A stretch of DNA of 56,707 bases, counting the filler, from Dugesia japonica (lineage: Eukaryota), in the NCBI GenBank assembly GCA_001938525.1. It is 5 parts of 5 records of this genome, joined end to end, with 100 filler letters (N's around TTAATTAATTAA, not from the genome) between each part and the next. Parts side by side here need not be neighbours in the genome. Positions count along the whole stretch, not along the records: positions 1 to 9,775 come from MQRL01539681.1; positions 9,876 to 18,678 come from MQRL01612169.1; 3 more parts are not named here. One strand, given 5' to 3'. The notes under the pieces are model-generated. The model saw only the letters and a program-made list of their open reading frames with translations, searched no databases and had not been told where the DNA came from. Numbering within the stretch: the stretch's first letter is position 1; every line of letters begins with the position of its first letter. The position numbers were made by a program, and so were the translations under genes. Shown one piece after another: positions 1 to 13,560 of the stretch.

Positions 1-1939
1 CAGTTTTAAAAAGGAATCTAAAAAGTGGACCAGTGAAAAGAGAGCCGGAGTGTCTAAGAAAAGCTATAAACCCCTGAAATTTAGACAATTTCACCCTTCA
101 ATTTTTGAATTATTTAACTACTGCGATAGCTCTATATTATTTTGAACATTTATAATCAAATTTTCGAATAAAATTAGAAAACCAATCGTTAAATCTCAAA
201 GGAAAAAACAATTACTTGGAATTAATCATTATTCTCAATTCCCGTTGCAGCTAAACTTAATCACGAGTAAGCATGTGTTTATTTATTAATTACTGATTTA
301 TTGATGTTGTTTATTATGATGGTTAATAAATAATATTCGATTAAGATTTTTGTTGCTAGTATTGGCAATGTTTCATTGTAACCAAACCAAATTACTTGAC
401 ACTTAATTATTTAAGTTATCTTATATTTTAATAATGATGTTTATATTATTTGGTAAATCTAATTATTTTAATAAATATTTAATTAAAATGTTGAATTATT
501 TTGAAAAAAATATTAAAGTTTTTATTTTGAAATAAAAATTTCAGAAATTATTCATAAAAAGAAATATAATCCTTATTTATAAACACGATTAAGTGGAATA
601 CATGAAACAAGACTTTGAAATTTACCATATTTACAAGCTGGAATTCCGAATTGCAGTAATTTCTGTTTTACTTTAATTCATATTAAAATATTTTAAATTA
701 ATTATTTATTTTTAATAATGATGATTAATTAAACTTAAGTTGATTTATTTATAAAATTATATATTATATTTTCTGTTAAGTACTATTTAAATGAAAAAAT
801 AATAATTCAAGTTCTGAATATTTTGAAATGGAAAAAGGATATTATTAATCAGTTTTATTAATTTTATTAATAAATTCATATTTTGTGAACCGTTTCCTCC
901 AGATATTGGAATGTGTTTACCATTTTAAAATTAATTTAAAATACTTTATTTTTAATTTATAATTAATACCGAAAAATTAGTTTTCAAGTATTTTTTTTGA
1001 ATTTAATACGAATATTTATTATTTTTTTGATTTCTGATTTAATGGGAATAATATAGTTCAAGAGGTTCAATTTGAAATTGTTTTTTAACGATAATTTTTA
1101 GCGCACACATAATACTTCTTTTATGGAATTTAGTTGTGAGTTCAAAAGAAATTTGCTTATTAAAAAAAATTCGGTTTAATTTCATCAGTTATTGCAGAAT
1201 TGGAATTAGAAAAGAGTTGTGAACTGTATGTTTAAATACTGCATAAAATATCTTTGGTATTGAGACGCAGATTCTTTACTTCCAGCTTAATTGTTATAAT
1301 TTAATTTTTTTTTGATTTTTTAATATTTTTTCTTTATTTTCAATAATTTTTATTTATATTTTTCAATTATTATTTTTTGATTTTTCAATAATTTTTGTTT
1401 ATTTTTTTGATTTTTGTTTATTTTATTTCAATAATTATTTTTTGATTTTTCAATAATTTCTCTTAATTTTCAATAATTTTTTGTTTATTTATTTTGTTAA
1501 TTTTATTCAATAATTCTGAATATTTAAACAACTACATTTTTAATAAAAAAACATTCATTTACAATAATAATAGAATATCAAAATTTAATCAATGCTAAAC
1601 TTAAAGCATTATAAAATAATCGCACCTCACAGTGACAATGAATACCCATCAGTTTGTGCAATGAGCTGGTCGACAGGAAATTATAAAGAAAATGTCAAAG
1701 CAGACGTCGGACCATGGATTAAGCAACCAGGCAAAAATTATAATAAAGAAAATGCAAACAATAAAGAAGTTATGAACAATAGATTAATCTATTGTTCATA
1801 TAGAATATCAATCAGGAGAAATCAGCAGACCAAATATAATGAGTAGAACTCTCGAAAATTTTCTTACAATCAACTTTGGCCAGAAAACATTTACTCTGTC
1901 TAACAAGATTATCAATTAATAAGTAATCAAGAATATTGT

Positions 1940-2839
1940 ACAGGTGAACCAACTGAGGTATACCAGGAAACAGTTAAATATCAAGACGATTTGTGCGCAC
2001 ACAATGTAGAAAAATTCCATAATTCACATCAGATTTTGGTTTATAACAACAATCAGCAACGACTAATAATGCAATAGGATTTTACTTTGATATAGATGTT
2101 TAGAATTGCGTGTTGCCTTATTGGAAATGAATTTTATGAAATGAGAGACGAACCAACCTCTGACGTGATACAATATATACAAGCTTTAGTACTTGAAAAA
2201 TTAAGCAGATAGTAGGCTAATTGATGAACCGGCGATGATCTCAGAATAACTAACGAGACTTTAACTTGCTAAATAATGTATTTATTTTAATTCGTAAATA
2301 ATCACATTTAGAAGAATAAATAGCGTCTAGCTAAATGAAAAAGAGCCATAATAGCAAGTCTATGATGCCCTTAGATGTCCGGAGCCGCACGCGCGCTACA
2401 ATGACAGTTCCAACGAGTATACCTTACTAGAAATAGTTAGGAAATCGTAATTATTTCACATGAACGAAGAATTCCTAGTAAGGTCAACTCATTAGGTTGC
2501 GCTGATTGCGTCCTTGCCCTTGGTACGCATTGCCAATCGCTACTATCGGCTATATACTAGTGGTACAAACTGATGTATACTAGGAGATAATAATTTATGG
2601 GTACACAATGTTGAAAAATTCGAGAATTCACATAAGATTTTAGTTTATAGCAATTAGCAACTACTATAATGAAATTGGATTTTACTTTCATAAAGATGTT
2701 TAGAGTTGAGTGTTGTTTATTGTAAATGATTTTTATGAAATTGTGACAGACGAACTAATACAATATATACAAGTTTTAGTCATTGAAAAATTCAGCATAT
2801 AGTAGGCCAATTGGTGTGCCGGTGATGATCTCAGAATAA
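1940..2839 (+). repeat. Diverged ~300-bp direct tandem duplication (~1940-2249 and ~2551-2839) flanking an 18S fragment
   Basis: Both units align from AACTGA(G/T)GTATAC(C/T)AGGA through ACACAATGT..GAAAAATTC to CCGG(C/T)GATGATCTCAGAATAA. Confidence 0.85.
2246..2548 (+). pseudogene. Degenerate 18S (SSU) rRNA 3'-region fragment with an internal deletion
   Basis: Recognisable conserved eukaryotic SSU motifs with substitutions: ATAACTAACGAGAC, GTCTATGATGCCCTTAGATGTCCGGAGCCGCACGCGCGCTACAATG, ATGAACGAAGAATTCCTAGTAAG, GCTGATTGCGTCCTTGCCCTTGGTACGCATTGCCAATCGCTACTA. Confidence 0.92.
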
Positions 2840-3022
2840 AAGTGTAGTCACAGCTTGAATGTTATTTTTTGCCTTTACTGATTATGTTATACTAATTACT
2901 AAGAAATAATAATAACAAATTAAATAAAAGAAAACAAAGTAAAATTATAAATTCATTAAAATAANNNNNNNNNNNNNNNNNNNNNNNNNNNNNNNNNNNN
3001 NNNNNNNNNNNNNNNNNNNNNN

Positions 3023-3200
3023 TTTGTCTTCAATTCTTGAAAGTCAATTCCTGACGAAGACAAAGTCGAAAATTAGAATTATTGTCAAAAACAAAAAAAA
3101 CAAATTTTGATCGAAGCTTTTATTTTAATGAATTCTGAAAAACAATCAATGGTTGCGTCCAACAATTATTCTCGCAATTGTTGTAATTGTAAAATAAAAT
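3023..3200 (+). mobile_element. Penelope-like element 3' end (pLTR) fragment
   Basis: Aligns with 51160-51320 and 51960-52118, which directly follow GIY-YIG coding sequence; contains a hammerhead core. Confidence 0.75.
3046..3080 (+). ncRNA. Minimal type I hammerhead ribozyme (Penelope-type)
   Basis: AATTC-CTGACGA-A-GAC(AAA)GTC-GAAA-AT-TA-GAATT: stem I AATTC/GAATT, core CUGANGA and GAAA, stem II GAC/GTC, short palindromic stem III, UH cleavage site. Confidence 0.8.
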
Positions 3201-4329
3201 TATAAATATAAAATTAATTAAACTCCAAAAGCTCAAATAAAGAGACATGTCATGTCGAATAAAAATGGAAACAAAATTATTAATGTAAATCGAAATGTAT
3301 ATATAAATTAATAATGCAAATAAATTATTGTAAAAATAAAAATCACATGTATAATAAAATTAACAATTTAAAATCGATTCATGATAATAAGAGTGTACTG
3401 ATAATAAGGATGAATCTAAAATGGAAGCATAGTTTGATAATAAATATAAATATAAAATTTATATAAAGTATAAACATCACAAATCATCGTAAATAATGGT
3501 TATTAAAAACATTAAAACTTCGAAAAAATAAATATTTTACAAATGAGATATATAGAGGTGGTTAACAAATTTGAGAGAAAATTGAGTTATTTAAAATTTT
3601 TAAGGGATTTAATCACAAACCCTCTGTTGATAGCGAGAATAAATAAATAAAAATATTAAAATAAAAATCAATTCTGAATTCAGTCAGATATTTAATTGCA
3701 TTTAATCGGGATTAGAGCCCAAGTGTCGTGTATACCCCGACAAAACTATTCATTGTATTTATTTTGACTTACAGCATTTATATAGAATATTCATTTAATT
3801 CAATTTAATTTCTTCATTACCATTATTGAATAGCATCGAAATCAAATAACTCATTGTATTTAACTGAAATCACTCCATTTTATGTAGTTAATTATTTGAT
3901 CAACCTTGAATTCATTAAGAGTAATCAAATAACTTTTAAATATCCGGTAATAATTGTATTCGTTTGTTATTGATTTATGAATTTTAAATTTACACTTCGC
4001 GTTGCGATAGGAAATAAGAATAAATCATCGAAGACATTCCAACATATATCTTTACATGCACGATTCTACATTTGAAAAATGAAATACTGAATTCATTCAG
4101 TGACATAAGTTACAGCACGCGTAACTTATTCATTCATCTATTGCCATCCATCAATTCATAAAGCAATTTGGGTAGTAATCTGCTTCTCGGCTCATGATCG
4201 CATTTAGCAGTGTAGTTTAAATTAGTAAATATGGAAATTCAATGTTTTTTACTTATGACTTACGATCTTATCGATTATATTGCTATAGGCACTTTGCCCA
4301 AATAAAGAACATAATTAAGATTAAAATCT

Positions 4330-4336
4330 ATTATTA

Positions 4337-4397
<61 letters not shown>

Positions 4398-4577
4398 NNN
4401 NNNNNNNNNNNNNNNNNNNNNNNNNNNNNNNNNNNNNNNNNNNNNNNNNNNNNNNNNNNNNNNNNNNNNNNNNNNNNNNNNNNNNNNNNNNNNNNNNNNN
4501 NNNNNNNNNNNNNNNNNNNNNNNNNNNNNNNNNNNNNNNNNNNNNNNNNNNNNNNNNNNNNTATTATTATTACTACT
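4330..4577. repeat. (ATT)n microsatellite spanning a gap
   Basis: Perfect TTA repeats on both sides of the N run. Confidence 0.95.
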
Positions 4578-4747
4578 AGAATTTTTATGAATTTTATTAT
4601 TGGTAAATTACACGAAGTTTATTATTACTAAATTATTATTAGTATATTTGTTATTATTGAGTAAAATTAAAATTTCGAATAAATGTTAAAATTGGAATAT
4701 TCGAAATTTGAGTTAAATTAATTTAAATTTGAAATAATTGTGTGTAT

Positions 4748-5438
4748 TGTGAACAATACCTAAAACATAAAATATGAAATAACTTGATTAGTTAATTAAA
4801 AAGTTTGGGTAGAATTTTGAAAAATGTAATATTAAAAAGAATTAGGGGTTCAACAAAAAATTCAAGACTTTAATTGGAAAATGAAAACTATAATTAAAAC
4901 AAGAAAACGTAGGAGGTCAAAATGAACACTAGATTGACGACGTAGAAAAAGATGGAAAACAGATAAATAAAAAACTTTCAAATCTGACAAAAACAGATAA
5001 AATCAAAATCCTGGCGCCAGAGCACAGCCTATATAAAGAAAGTTTTAGTAAAGTTTAAGAGAAGAAATTATTACAAGAGAAACTAGAGCTGTTAAAAGAG
5101 AAATTTTGAGAAAAGTGATAAAGAATATAAAAAGTGAACCTACAGAGTAAATGTTGGTATCAGAATAAAAGTGATAAAAGTGAACTAAATAATTTGGAGT
5201 CGAGTTAATTTCGATCCTATAGCAGATTCATAGCAGAATCCTATGAGTTGAGTTTTCACTCTTTGCGTGCAAAGGAAAAGGAGATTAATTTTAGCTAATT
5301 TGGATTGATTTATTATTGTTTGTATCTCGTGTATTTATTGAATAAATCTCAATATATTGGAACTTGGTTATTTAATCGAACATGTGATTTTGGTGTCAGA
5401 ATAATTAATTTATTATTATTTATTCTTATAAAACAACA
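4748..5438 (+). mobile_element. Dispersed LTR-like repeat (probable solo LTR)
   Basis: TG...CA ends, CTGGCGCCA motif followed by TATA-like CCTATATAAAG and AATAAA; 4850-5410 matches 33760-34435 in inverted orientation. Confidence 0.55.
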
Positions 5439-5559
5439 ATATTTTTATGGGCATGAGTTTTTATTATTAATGCATTATTAATATTAGTATGAATTTTGTT
5501 TCTACTATGACCCACTGGACCCGGAAAGAGTGGAACGCAAAAAGAAGTGTCAAATTTTT

Positions 5560-6773
5560 GCCGTTATCATCCCGAAGACAAGTGTACGAAGAAAGAAAAG
5601 GAATCAGTGAATGAGCAGAAATAAATTCATTCAAATCTCGAAGCTCAGTATACCAATCTCCCGCGATCTACTGTCTCTTTTTCAATTTGATCACTTTATC
5701 TATTCCTGTTGAACAGAAAAATACGGCGTTCATTACCCTAATATGCATCTCAGCTTTCGAAACTTATGGGATTGACTCGTTTTTAAGAATCCATACTTTT
5801 GACTCACGTAATAACAGATTCTCATAAAAATATACCCAAATCTCATCATGTGTAACCAGCCGATTAACAATATCAAATTTTGAGAGGTTCTTTTGGTACA
5901 TCTTTAGGCGGACATCCATTTGTTCAAGTGTGAGGCATGGGATACCCATTGGAAATAAAGATGTCTAGCGTCCAGATGTTTATGAAATATATTATATATT
6001 CGCTCTCCACAGATTTTCAAAATTTCCACAATTTGATTCATAGAGATCCGAGTGTCTTTCATGACCAGATTTCGTACACCAGCTACAATTTCTTCAGTTG
6101 TCAGTTATTGGAACTAACTGAATCAAGTTGGAATCAATTGGTAACGAATGAGCATATTACCGTATGTGGCTCCACTACACTATCAATTTCAGTGGACGTG
6201 TATGTCGCGAAGATATTTATCTTAAAACAGTAATCGGTTTATACGCGAATATCTCGAGAATCAAATTAAATTAAAGAGTCTTTAATGCCATTCCTGTTTT
6301 TTTTGAATATGAATAGTAAAATATATTTACTATATATTTAAAAATTACTTGTGTAATTCATTTATTTATTAGTTTAAGACTTCAATTATATATATAATTG
6401 AAGTCTTAAACTAATAAATGGATGATAATGATAAATAATGATAAGTGATTACCGATCGCGACTAAAATTTCAGCATATATAGAAAAAAATAAAGTAAGAT
6501 AGGAATGCCTCATGAAATCGTATCCTAAAATGTATCCTTCCCTGCTAAAGTGATGTTTGAAAATGTAATTTTTTCATAGTGTATGCTATTCCATTGCTGC
6601 ACGTTGTCAACAATGCCTGGAGCAGAACGGAGGCCATTTTGAGAATATGCGTTGAAAAAGCAATTAAAAAATATCCGTAGCTTGTAATCCATTTTGAAAA
6701 TAAAATAAATTTTGATAAACAACAAAGTTATTATTATTTAAAGTGTGTATACATAGTTTTGAGACACCCGGTA
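5560..6773 (-). mobile_element. Degenerate mariner-family transposon
   Basis: ORF 5764-5949 reads RLVTHDEIWVYFYE (mariner IVTGDETW motif); the minus-strand 5' end TA-CCGGGTGTCTCAAAA at ~6757-6773 resembles a mariner TIR. Confidence 0.7.
6364..6419. repeat. Perfect 56-bp palindrome
   Basis: ATTTATTAGTTTAAGACTTCAATTATAT followed immediately by its exact reverse complement. Confidence 0.9.
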
Positions 6774-7699
6774 TATATATAATATATAATTTAATAATAT
6801 TAGTGGTATTATTTTATTTTAATTAGTTTTTTTTATTATTGTCTCTATTATTTTAATTATCAAAGAAATCTTTTGAGCCCGGCAGCGTCTCCTGTCTCAA
6901 TGTTGGGACAACCGGGTTGTATGTTTTATAAATAATTTCACTTTATCAGTTTAAAAAGCAAAATTTAAAAAAAAACAATTTATTAAATATTAACAAATTA
7001 ATTTTAACTATAGATGAACTAGAAAAATAGATAAATTTACTGTTTTTTCTTTTAATTTATTATTATTTATTTATTATTTTATAATTTAATCAAATAAATT
7101 ACCAGAAATAAATTTGTCAGTAAAATAAATAAATTTATTTTTAGTATTTATCTTTTTTAAATTTTTTATTTTAAAATTATTATTTTTAGTAATTGTTTTT
7201 TAAATATTTTTTAAAATTCTATTTTTAGTATTTTTCTTAGTTTTTATTTTTTTTGCATTTAATACTTATTTTTTTGCAAAATTAATATTTATCCATTTTA
7301 ATATTCATTTTCATGTTTTATATTTAATACTATCATCATTTTTAAAAATTGTTTTGATTGCCAATACTTTACTGTACTTCGTCATAATAAAAGAATATTT
7401 CCAAAAAAAATTAATTGTTAGTATTCATTTATTTTAATAAATTTGAATCTCAATATTATTTAAATAAAACATTCATTCATATTTAGTTAATAATTATTTT
7501 GAAAATTAAATTAAAATTAAATATTAAATAAAATCAAATAAAATTAAACTAAAATAAAATATTCTTCTGTTCTAAAATTTGCCTTACATTTTAATAAAAT
7601 TTTGTAAATCAAACGAAAATCATATATTTTGACTGATAATATTTCTATATTGACCTTTGTACCCATTGCTTTAAAAATGGCACTGGAGAATAAGCACTA

Positions 7700-8154
7700 A
7701 AGAAAAATTAATTTCGCTAAAAATTCGAGAAAAGGTTGACTCCAAGTATCAAGAAATGCTCGAGAGAGCTCTGCCAAGCATTAAGAAACTTTCATCAAAC
7801 TTTATTCTTATGCAGGATGGCGCAAAAACTCATACTTCGAAGTCGACAAGAAATTGGTTAGCTTCAAATCACATAAGCTTTTCTCCGTGGCCACGAAACT
7901 CACCAGATCTGAACCCGATTAAAAATGTTTGGAGACTAATGAAGAGAGAAGTAGAACGTAAAAATCTTAAAAATATGAATGATTTGAAGAGAAATATTGA
8001 TAATGTTTGGGATGGACTCACACTGAAATATCTCGACATTATTTCAGTTAAAGCCCAGAAGAATTCAGAGTTGCATTGCTTTGAAAGGAGAAAAGACAAA
8101 ATATTCAATTTTATACTATTTATACTGTGTAACATTGTCTTTTATACTGAATAA
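7700..8154 (+). pseudogene. Tc1-like transposase C-terminal DDE fragment
   Basis: LMQDGAKTHTSKSTRNWL...WPRNSPDLNPIKNVWRLMKREV (QDNAxxH / WPxxSPDLNPIENxW motifs; catalytic E replaced by K). Confidence 0.9.
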
Positions 8155-8580
8155 AAATTTTTAATATAAAGTTCATTCTCTTGCAGTTACTTTTAATTTA
8201 AAGTGTCATTTTTTATTTATCAATGCGTATATTTGAAAGTAAATTGACATATATTTGATAATAGGCAAATGCATGATTTTGAAGTGCTCAAATATTATTT
8301 CATGACAAAATTCCAATATATTTTATGCTTAATTCTATTTTCAAGTCTAACAATGTCAAATGTCTTTTAAAATATTGTAAAAATAAAGCGAATTGTAACA
8401 AAATCTTTTTGAAAAAACAATAAATTTATTGTTTTTCCTAGAGCAAAAGGATAAGTTTAAAAAGAAATACACAAGAAGTCAAGGACGAAAATAGGTAAAG
8501 TAAAACAAAAGATGTAAGACAATGGTGAAATTCTTACCACCTTTGAAATATTGTGAAGAAAATTTTATGAATTCGGAAAA

Positions 8581-8768
8581 TGCGAAATCCAATAAAATAC
8601 TGATAAAATTTTAAAATTTGAGATATAATTTATTCAACAAAATCCAAAGATAGATTTATATAAACGCATAACAACGCGAAATCCAATAAAATACTGATAA
8701 AATTTTAAAATTTGAGATATAATTTATTCAACAAAATCCAAAGATAGATTTATATAAACGTATAACAT
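8581..8768. repeat. ~95-bp tandem duplication
   Basis: GCGAAATCCAATAAAATACTG...TATATAAACG repeated almost perfectly. Confidence 0.9.
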
Positions 8769-9242
8769 AAACATTTTCCTTCCTTATATTCGGGTTAAAT
8801 TAGATTAAATTTTAAAATAAATTAAAAATAAAAATTTTGAAAAAATTGTAAATATTTAGAATATTTAAATTATTATAAATATGGAATATAATTATATGTA
8901 TGTTAATTGTAAATAAAGGATGTTTATATGATATGCATGTGAGTATTTATTATTCAAAACAAAATAATTAAATCAATTAATTAAAATTTATATGATGGAT
9001 CGTGTGCATATGGATTAAAATATTTATTAAAATGCCAAAATATAAAATCATTATTTATAAAAATAATATATATATACAAATTAAAAAGTGATTTAAGAAA
9101 ATATAATTTTGTTGGNNNNNNNNNNNNNNNNNNNNNNNNNNNNNNNNNNNNNNNNNNNNNNNNNNNNNNNNNNNNNNNNNNNNNNNNNNNNNNNNNNNNN
9201 NNNNNNNNNNNNNNNNNNNNNNNNNNNNNNNNNNNNNNNNNN

Positions 9243-9600
9243 CACCCCTTTGGTTCGGGTTCGCCTTCCGTGACACTAGCTCGACTTACGAGACATACTT
9301 ATTATTATCTTATAAATTTCCAGTTTATGGAGCGTTTATTAATCTGGTTAATCTTAATTAATTATGATTTTAATAGTTATGAGATTAATTATCATAAAAA
9401 CCAAAGAATTTATAAGTGAAAAATATATTAGGGTTATTAAACTTCACTTATTACAAAGTAATCGTACAAATACAATAATCAATAGAACTAACATAATCCG
9501 AATCTCGATCCGGAGCAAGCATAGCACATGGACTGTCTCTTCTTCGGTAGCCATTAACGACTCTAGAGGTCCTCCATAATTTTCCATCTTCAAGTCAGAA
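9243..9600. repeat. Dispersed repeat (probably LTR-derived), with an inverted copy at ~35185-35530
   Basis: GATCCGGAGCAAGCA and AGAGGTCCTCCATAAT here correspond to TGCTTGCTCCGGATC and ATTATGGAGGACCT at ~35190-35270. Confidence 0.7.
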
Positions 9601-9775
9601 ATCGTTGCACCACGAATTTAAATAGAACAATTACAGTAATAATTGAGATTTTCTGGTTGACTTCAGTAATTTCAATTGACGAAGATTGACAATCTGGTTG
9701 ACTTCACTAATTTTTATTGACGAGGATTGATTTTTGATGAAAATTACATCGGTATTTATGTTAGATCCTAGTGGG

Positions 9776-9875
9776 NNNNNNNNNNNNNNNNNNNNNNNNN
9801 NNNNNNNNNNNNNNNNNNNTTAATTAATTAANNNNNNNNNNNNNNNNNNNNNNNNNNNNNNNNNNNNNNNNNNNN
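9776..9875. other. Artificial scaffold-joining linker
   Basis: 44 N + TTAATTAATTAA (stops in all six frames) + 44 N. Confidence 0.95.
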
Positions 9876-12800
9876 TTCAAGCGGTATATTTGCTCTAAAC
9901 AATTTAAAGCGAAATCAAATAAATTTTAATAGAAATTACGTCTGTTAATTGAGCTAACATGGTGAAATAAAAAACAAAATAGTTGCTCAGTGTGAGTTTA
10001 AAAAGTTTTGAAGCTTACTTTCTCTAATCAACGAAACTGAACGATCATATTTTGTATTATTTATATTAAGATTTCAAATTGATCTTTTTGAGTACATTAA
10101 TTTCTAAATCNCTTTTCATTTAATTTTAAAATCAATTAATAAACCTTGTAGTTCAGATTCCCCAAATTGCGAAATGTGATACTATTCTACATAATATAGA
10201 TTATTTAAAGCTAATAAAATCTATTAGGTCATGATTTAAATGTACCATCGACAGGAAGAGAACAATCCGGTGGATTTATTTTGTTAAAATAGTGAAAAAT
10301 AATTTTTAATACTATCAAAGTGCTATTACATAGTTGGAAATGATAACCGTAAATTACTGGGTATAGGCAAAAGCAAGAGCTGNCAGTTCTTTGAATAGGG
10401 AAATTGTATTAGTTGATGATAATTATGAAACGAATGTTTCGACTGATTATGTAATAACTGTAAAAAATCTAGTTGATTGCTATGATAATCAAGATGTCAA
10501 TGACGTTATCATTGAAAAATTTTGTTTTGCAACAAGACAAATTATGAAAAACAAAGATGATAATAAACGCATTTGTATTTACACCCATGAAATAAAGACA
10601 AAACGGAAGTGAATGAAACCGTAAATTTGTAATTGATGCTGATACTATATCTATTCGTTCATTAACAGTGAAACAAAGATTTCCAAAAATGCTAGAAAAA
10701 TTATTTAATTATCACAGTTGTTNNNNNNNNNNNNNNNNNNNNNNNNNNNNNNNNNNNNNNNNNNNNNNNNNNTGCTATGATAATCAAGATGTCAATGACG
10801 TTATCATTGAAAAATTTTGTTTTGCAACAAGACAAATTATGAAAAACAAAGATGATAATAAACGCATTTGTATTTACACCCATGAAATAAAGACAAAACG
10901 GAAGTGAATGAAACCGTAAATTTNNNNNNNNNNNNNNNNNNNNNNNNNNNNNNNNNNNNNNNNNNNNNNNNNNNNNNNNNNNNNNNNNNNNNNNNNNNNN
11001 NNNNNNNNNNNNTTGTTTTTAGTATTATTAATTTAATTTAAAATTAATAAGTTAATTTTAACATTGTCGGTTTTGTTATTCATTTTCAAGCTTTTCAATA
11101 AATCGTTTCTTTATTTTTAAAGTCACCTAAGTAATCAGTTCAAAGATTGCGGGTTCCAATGATATCAAATTAAGTGTTTTTATGTTATTAATTGAATAAA
11201 GTGCTGTAATATTTCACTTCTAATTATATGATTTACACATTATCTGAATTCGTTAATGGAAAATGTCTTGAATCAGACTAAGTGCCTTTGATCGCTTATA
11301 TCAGTGTTGTTTAATCTTTGTGTTGCGAAAAATAAATTTTTACATATATCGTTAAAAAATTTTTAATTGAATAATTTATAACGTTTCATCCAAATTTAAA
11401 TGAATGAGTTTATGAGCCTTCTAAGTTTGAGAGTTTGTTTGTCAAAAACTAAGCTCCAATTGAACCTTATTTGTTAGAAACACCAGACTCAGTCATTACA
11501 TTAAAGTTTTTTTATCTTAAATTTTTTAACAAATCAAAACCCATACGAAAACTCAAAAATATAAATAGTGAAAAAAATAATATCAATTCAACTAAATTTA
11601 TCGTTGCTGTAAAAGGTTGGACAATACTGGCCTATAGATAGGCCTTTATCATTATAAAAAAAATTAATCATTGAAACAAATTAATTTTTAATCGATTAAT
11701 TTGTAATTTTCGTATTTAATCAGAAAATATTTAATTGTTTAAATAATATATTTAACAAAATAACTTTTTCAATTAATTGGCTCATTTTGATATTATAATA
11801 GAATTGATTTCATTCAAAATGATCAGATATAAATATAAAGAATCAATATTGAATTTCTTATAGTTGATGTACTTATGTAGACGTGTGCTCACATTTTATT
11901 AAATCGATTCATAATTATACTGTTATAGTTAAATAAAAAATAAGTATGAAACTTCTATTAAAACTGGTTTTTAATTAGTAATTATTAATTAGGTTATTAA
12001 TTACTTATATTTAAGTATAGTTGTGAATTTTATATCAACAATAATGGATTTAATTGAATCTAGCACATGTTATATAATTTATCTAAAATATGCATAATTT
12101 AAAAATAGTTTCATAATCTTGTTTATTTTCCCAAAATACTTGAAAATTTTAAAACTTAAAAATATTTATTTTTACTAAATATAGCTATTTCTGTATATTT
12201 TTGTTTAGAAATCGAATTGTTTTGATAAGTCAAATTTGTGTAGGCTCGTTCATTACACGGATACCAATTTGTAAATATCGAATTTCAAGATAGATGTCAA
12301 AGTAGAGGATTAGTAGGAAAAATTTAACTGTTCCATTGACAGGTCAGATACAAAAAATGAAATTCTCATATTTCTTCCTTTTGTTTATGGTTTTAAAAAT
12401 TTTACAAAATAATATTAAAGTCGCCTTTTACATGAGGTCTATAGTCAATTCTAAGTTTTTCTTTATCAAAATTAGGGTTCAACTTTCATGAGGTTGACTA
12501 TTAATTGATTATATAGGACAATTTCCATTTGTTAAAAATTTGTGATTCCTGATTAATTTGTGTAATTGCTATAGCCACAAATGCTTTGGAATACATTTTG
12601 TTACTCACTTAAAACAGTTCTGAAGAAAGTTTTGTTAAAAAATATTATTAAATTTTTATTAAGTAATGATGTAATTAGTAGGAAGTTATTTTTTACATTA
12701 ATCTAAAATTTTAATTACCGGACTTACACGCATATATCGCACGCGATTCAGTTTGTTACATACTTAATCTTCATATGTGCGTTATAAACGTGAGCTCGGT

Positions 12801-13110
12801 CTACCAATTTTTTCTACCAACTTCATAATCTAATATATGTTAAAAATAAGAAGAAATAATTAATATTAAAATTCATATTAAAACTAATACATATTTGAAA
12901 ATATGACATATATTACAAGAAAGACTCAGTCAAAATGTATAAAAACTTAAATTCGAAAAAAAACGAAGTCATTAAGAATATTTATTTTTTAAAAAATAAA
13001 GTAAATCATACTGCAATTAAGATAATTTAAATATTTAAAATTGTTTCATTTAAACAATTTTAATTTCTAATAGAAAATAAATCAAAATGTCATTATGTGA
13101 CTGAAATAAT

Positions 13111-13141
<31 letters not shown>

Positions 13142-13179
13142 ATTTAGTTTTTAAGCAACAAGAAATTAATTTTCTGTCC

Positions 13180-13560
13180 GTCTTCTACTTTTCACCGGTG
13201 AATTATATCCAAGTTAGGATGCTTCATGGCTACATCATCATTATCTTCAACTGTTTGTGAGTTCCAGGAAAAGACATTGATAGCATATCCTGGATTTTGC
13301 TTCTCAAATTTTGAGATATTTACCAACTTCATAGGCATATACAACTCATCAAATATCGACTCTGACATATAATCATTATATTTTGTGACTCGATGTCGGT
13401 TTTCTCTAACTTCATCTTGCTTAATAACTGCAAGAATGCTATAAATAAAGCATAAATGATCACTATTTTATACATTAACTATTGCTTTCTTCTTTTCCAA
13501 ATTGTTAGGAGTAGGAATATGGCTACTTCAGGAAAGTCTACAAATATTACTAACTCTTGT
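13180..13560 (-). pseudogene. Polinton/Maverick protein-primed DNA polymerase B N-terminal region fragment
   Basis: Minus translation SSHIPTPNNLEKKKAIVNV*NSDHLCFIYSILAVI...LYMPMKLVNISKFEKQNPGYAINVF matches the GSSYIxLP..KKAxINxxNxDxxCF...FEKQN..INVF pattern of Polinton polymerase ORFs. Confidence 0.75.

Noticed and set aside
2246-2548. Functional rRNA gene
   Set aside because: Only ~300 nt, with an internal deletion and substitutions in universally conserved positions.
4020-4230. Minus-strand LLNAIMSREADYYPNCF resembling the EAxYHxxC motif of some invertebrate transposon proteins
   Set aside because: Single short motif with no further support.
4242-4631. Poly-Y/poly-L ORFs (also the poly-I/N/Y ORFs at 50640-50919)
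   Set aside because: Translations of (ATT)n microsatellite and Ns.
10477-10923. Exact repeat of the CYDNQDVND... ORF segment
   Set aside because: Identical copies on either side of an N gap indicate an unmerged contig overlap, not a real duplication.
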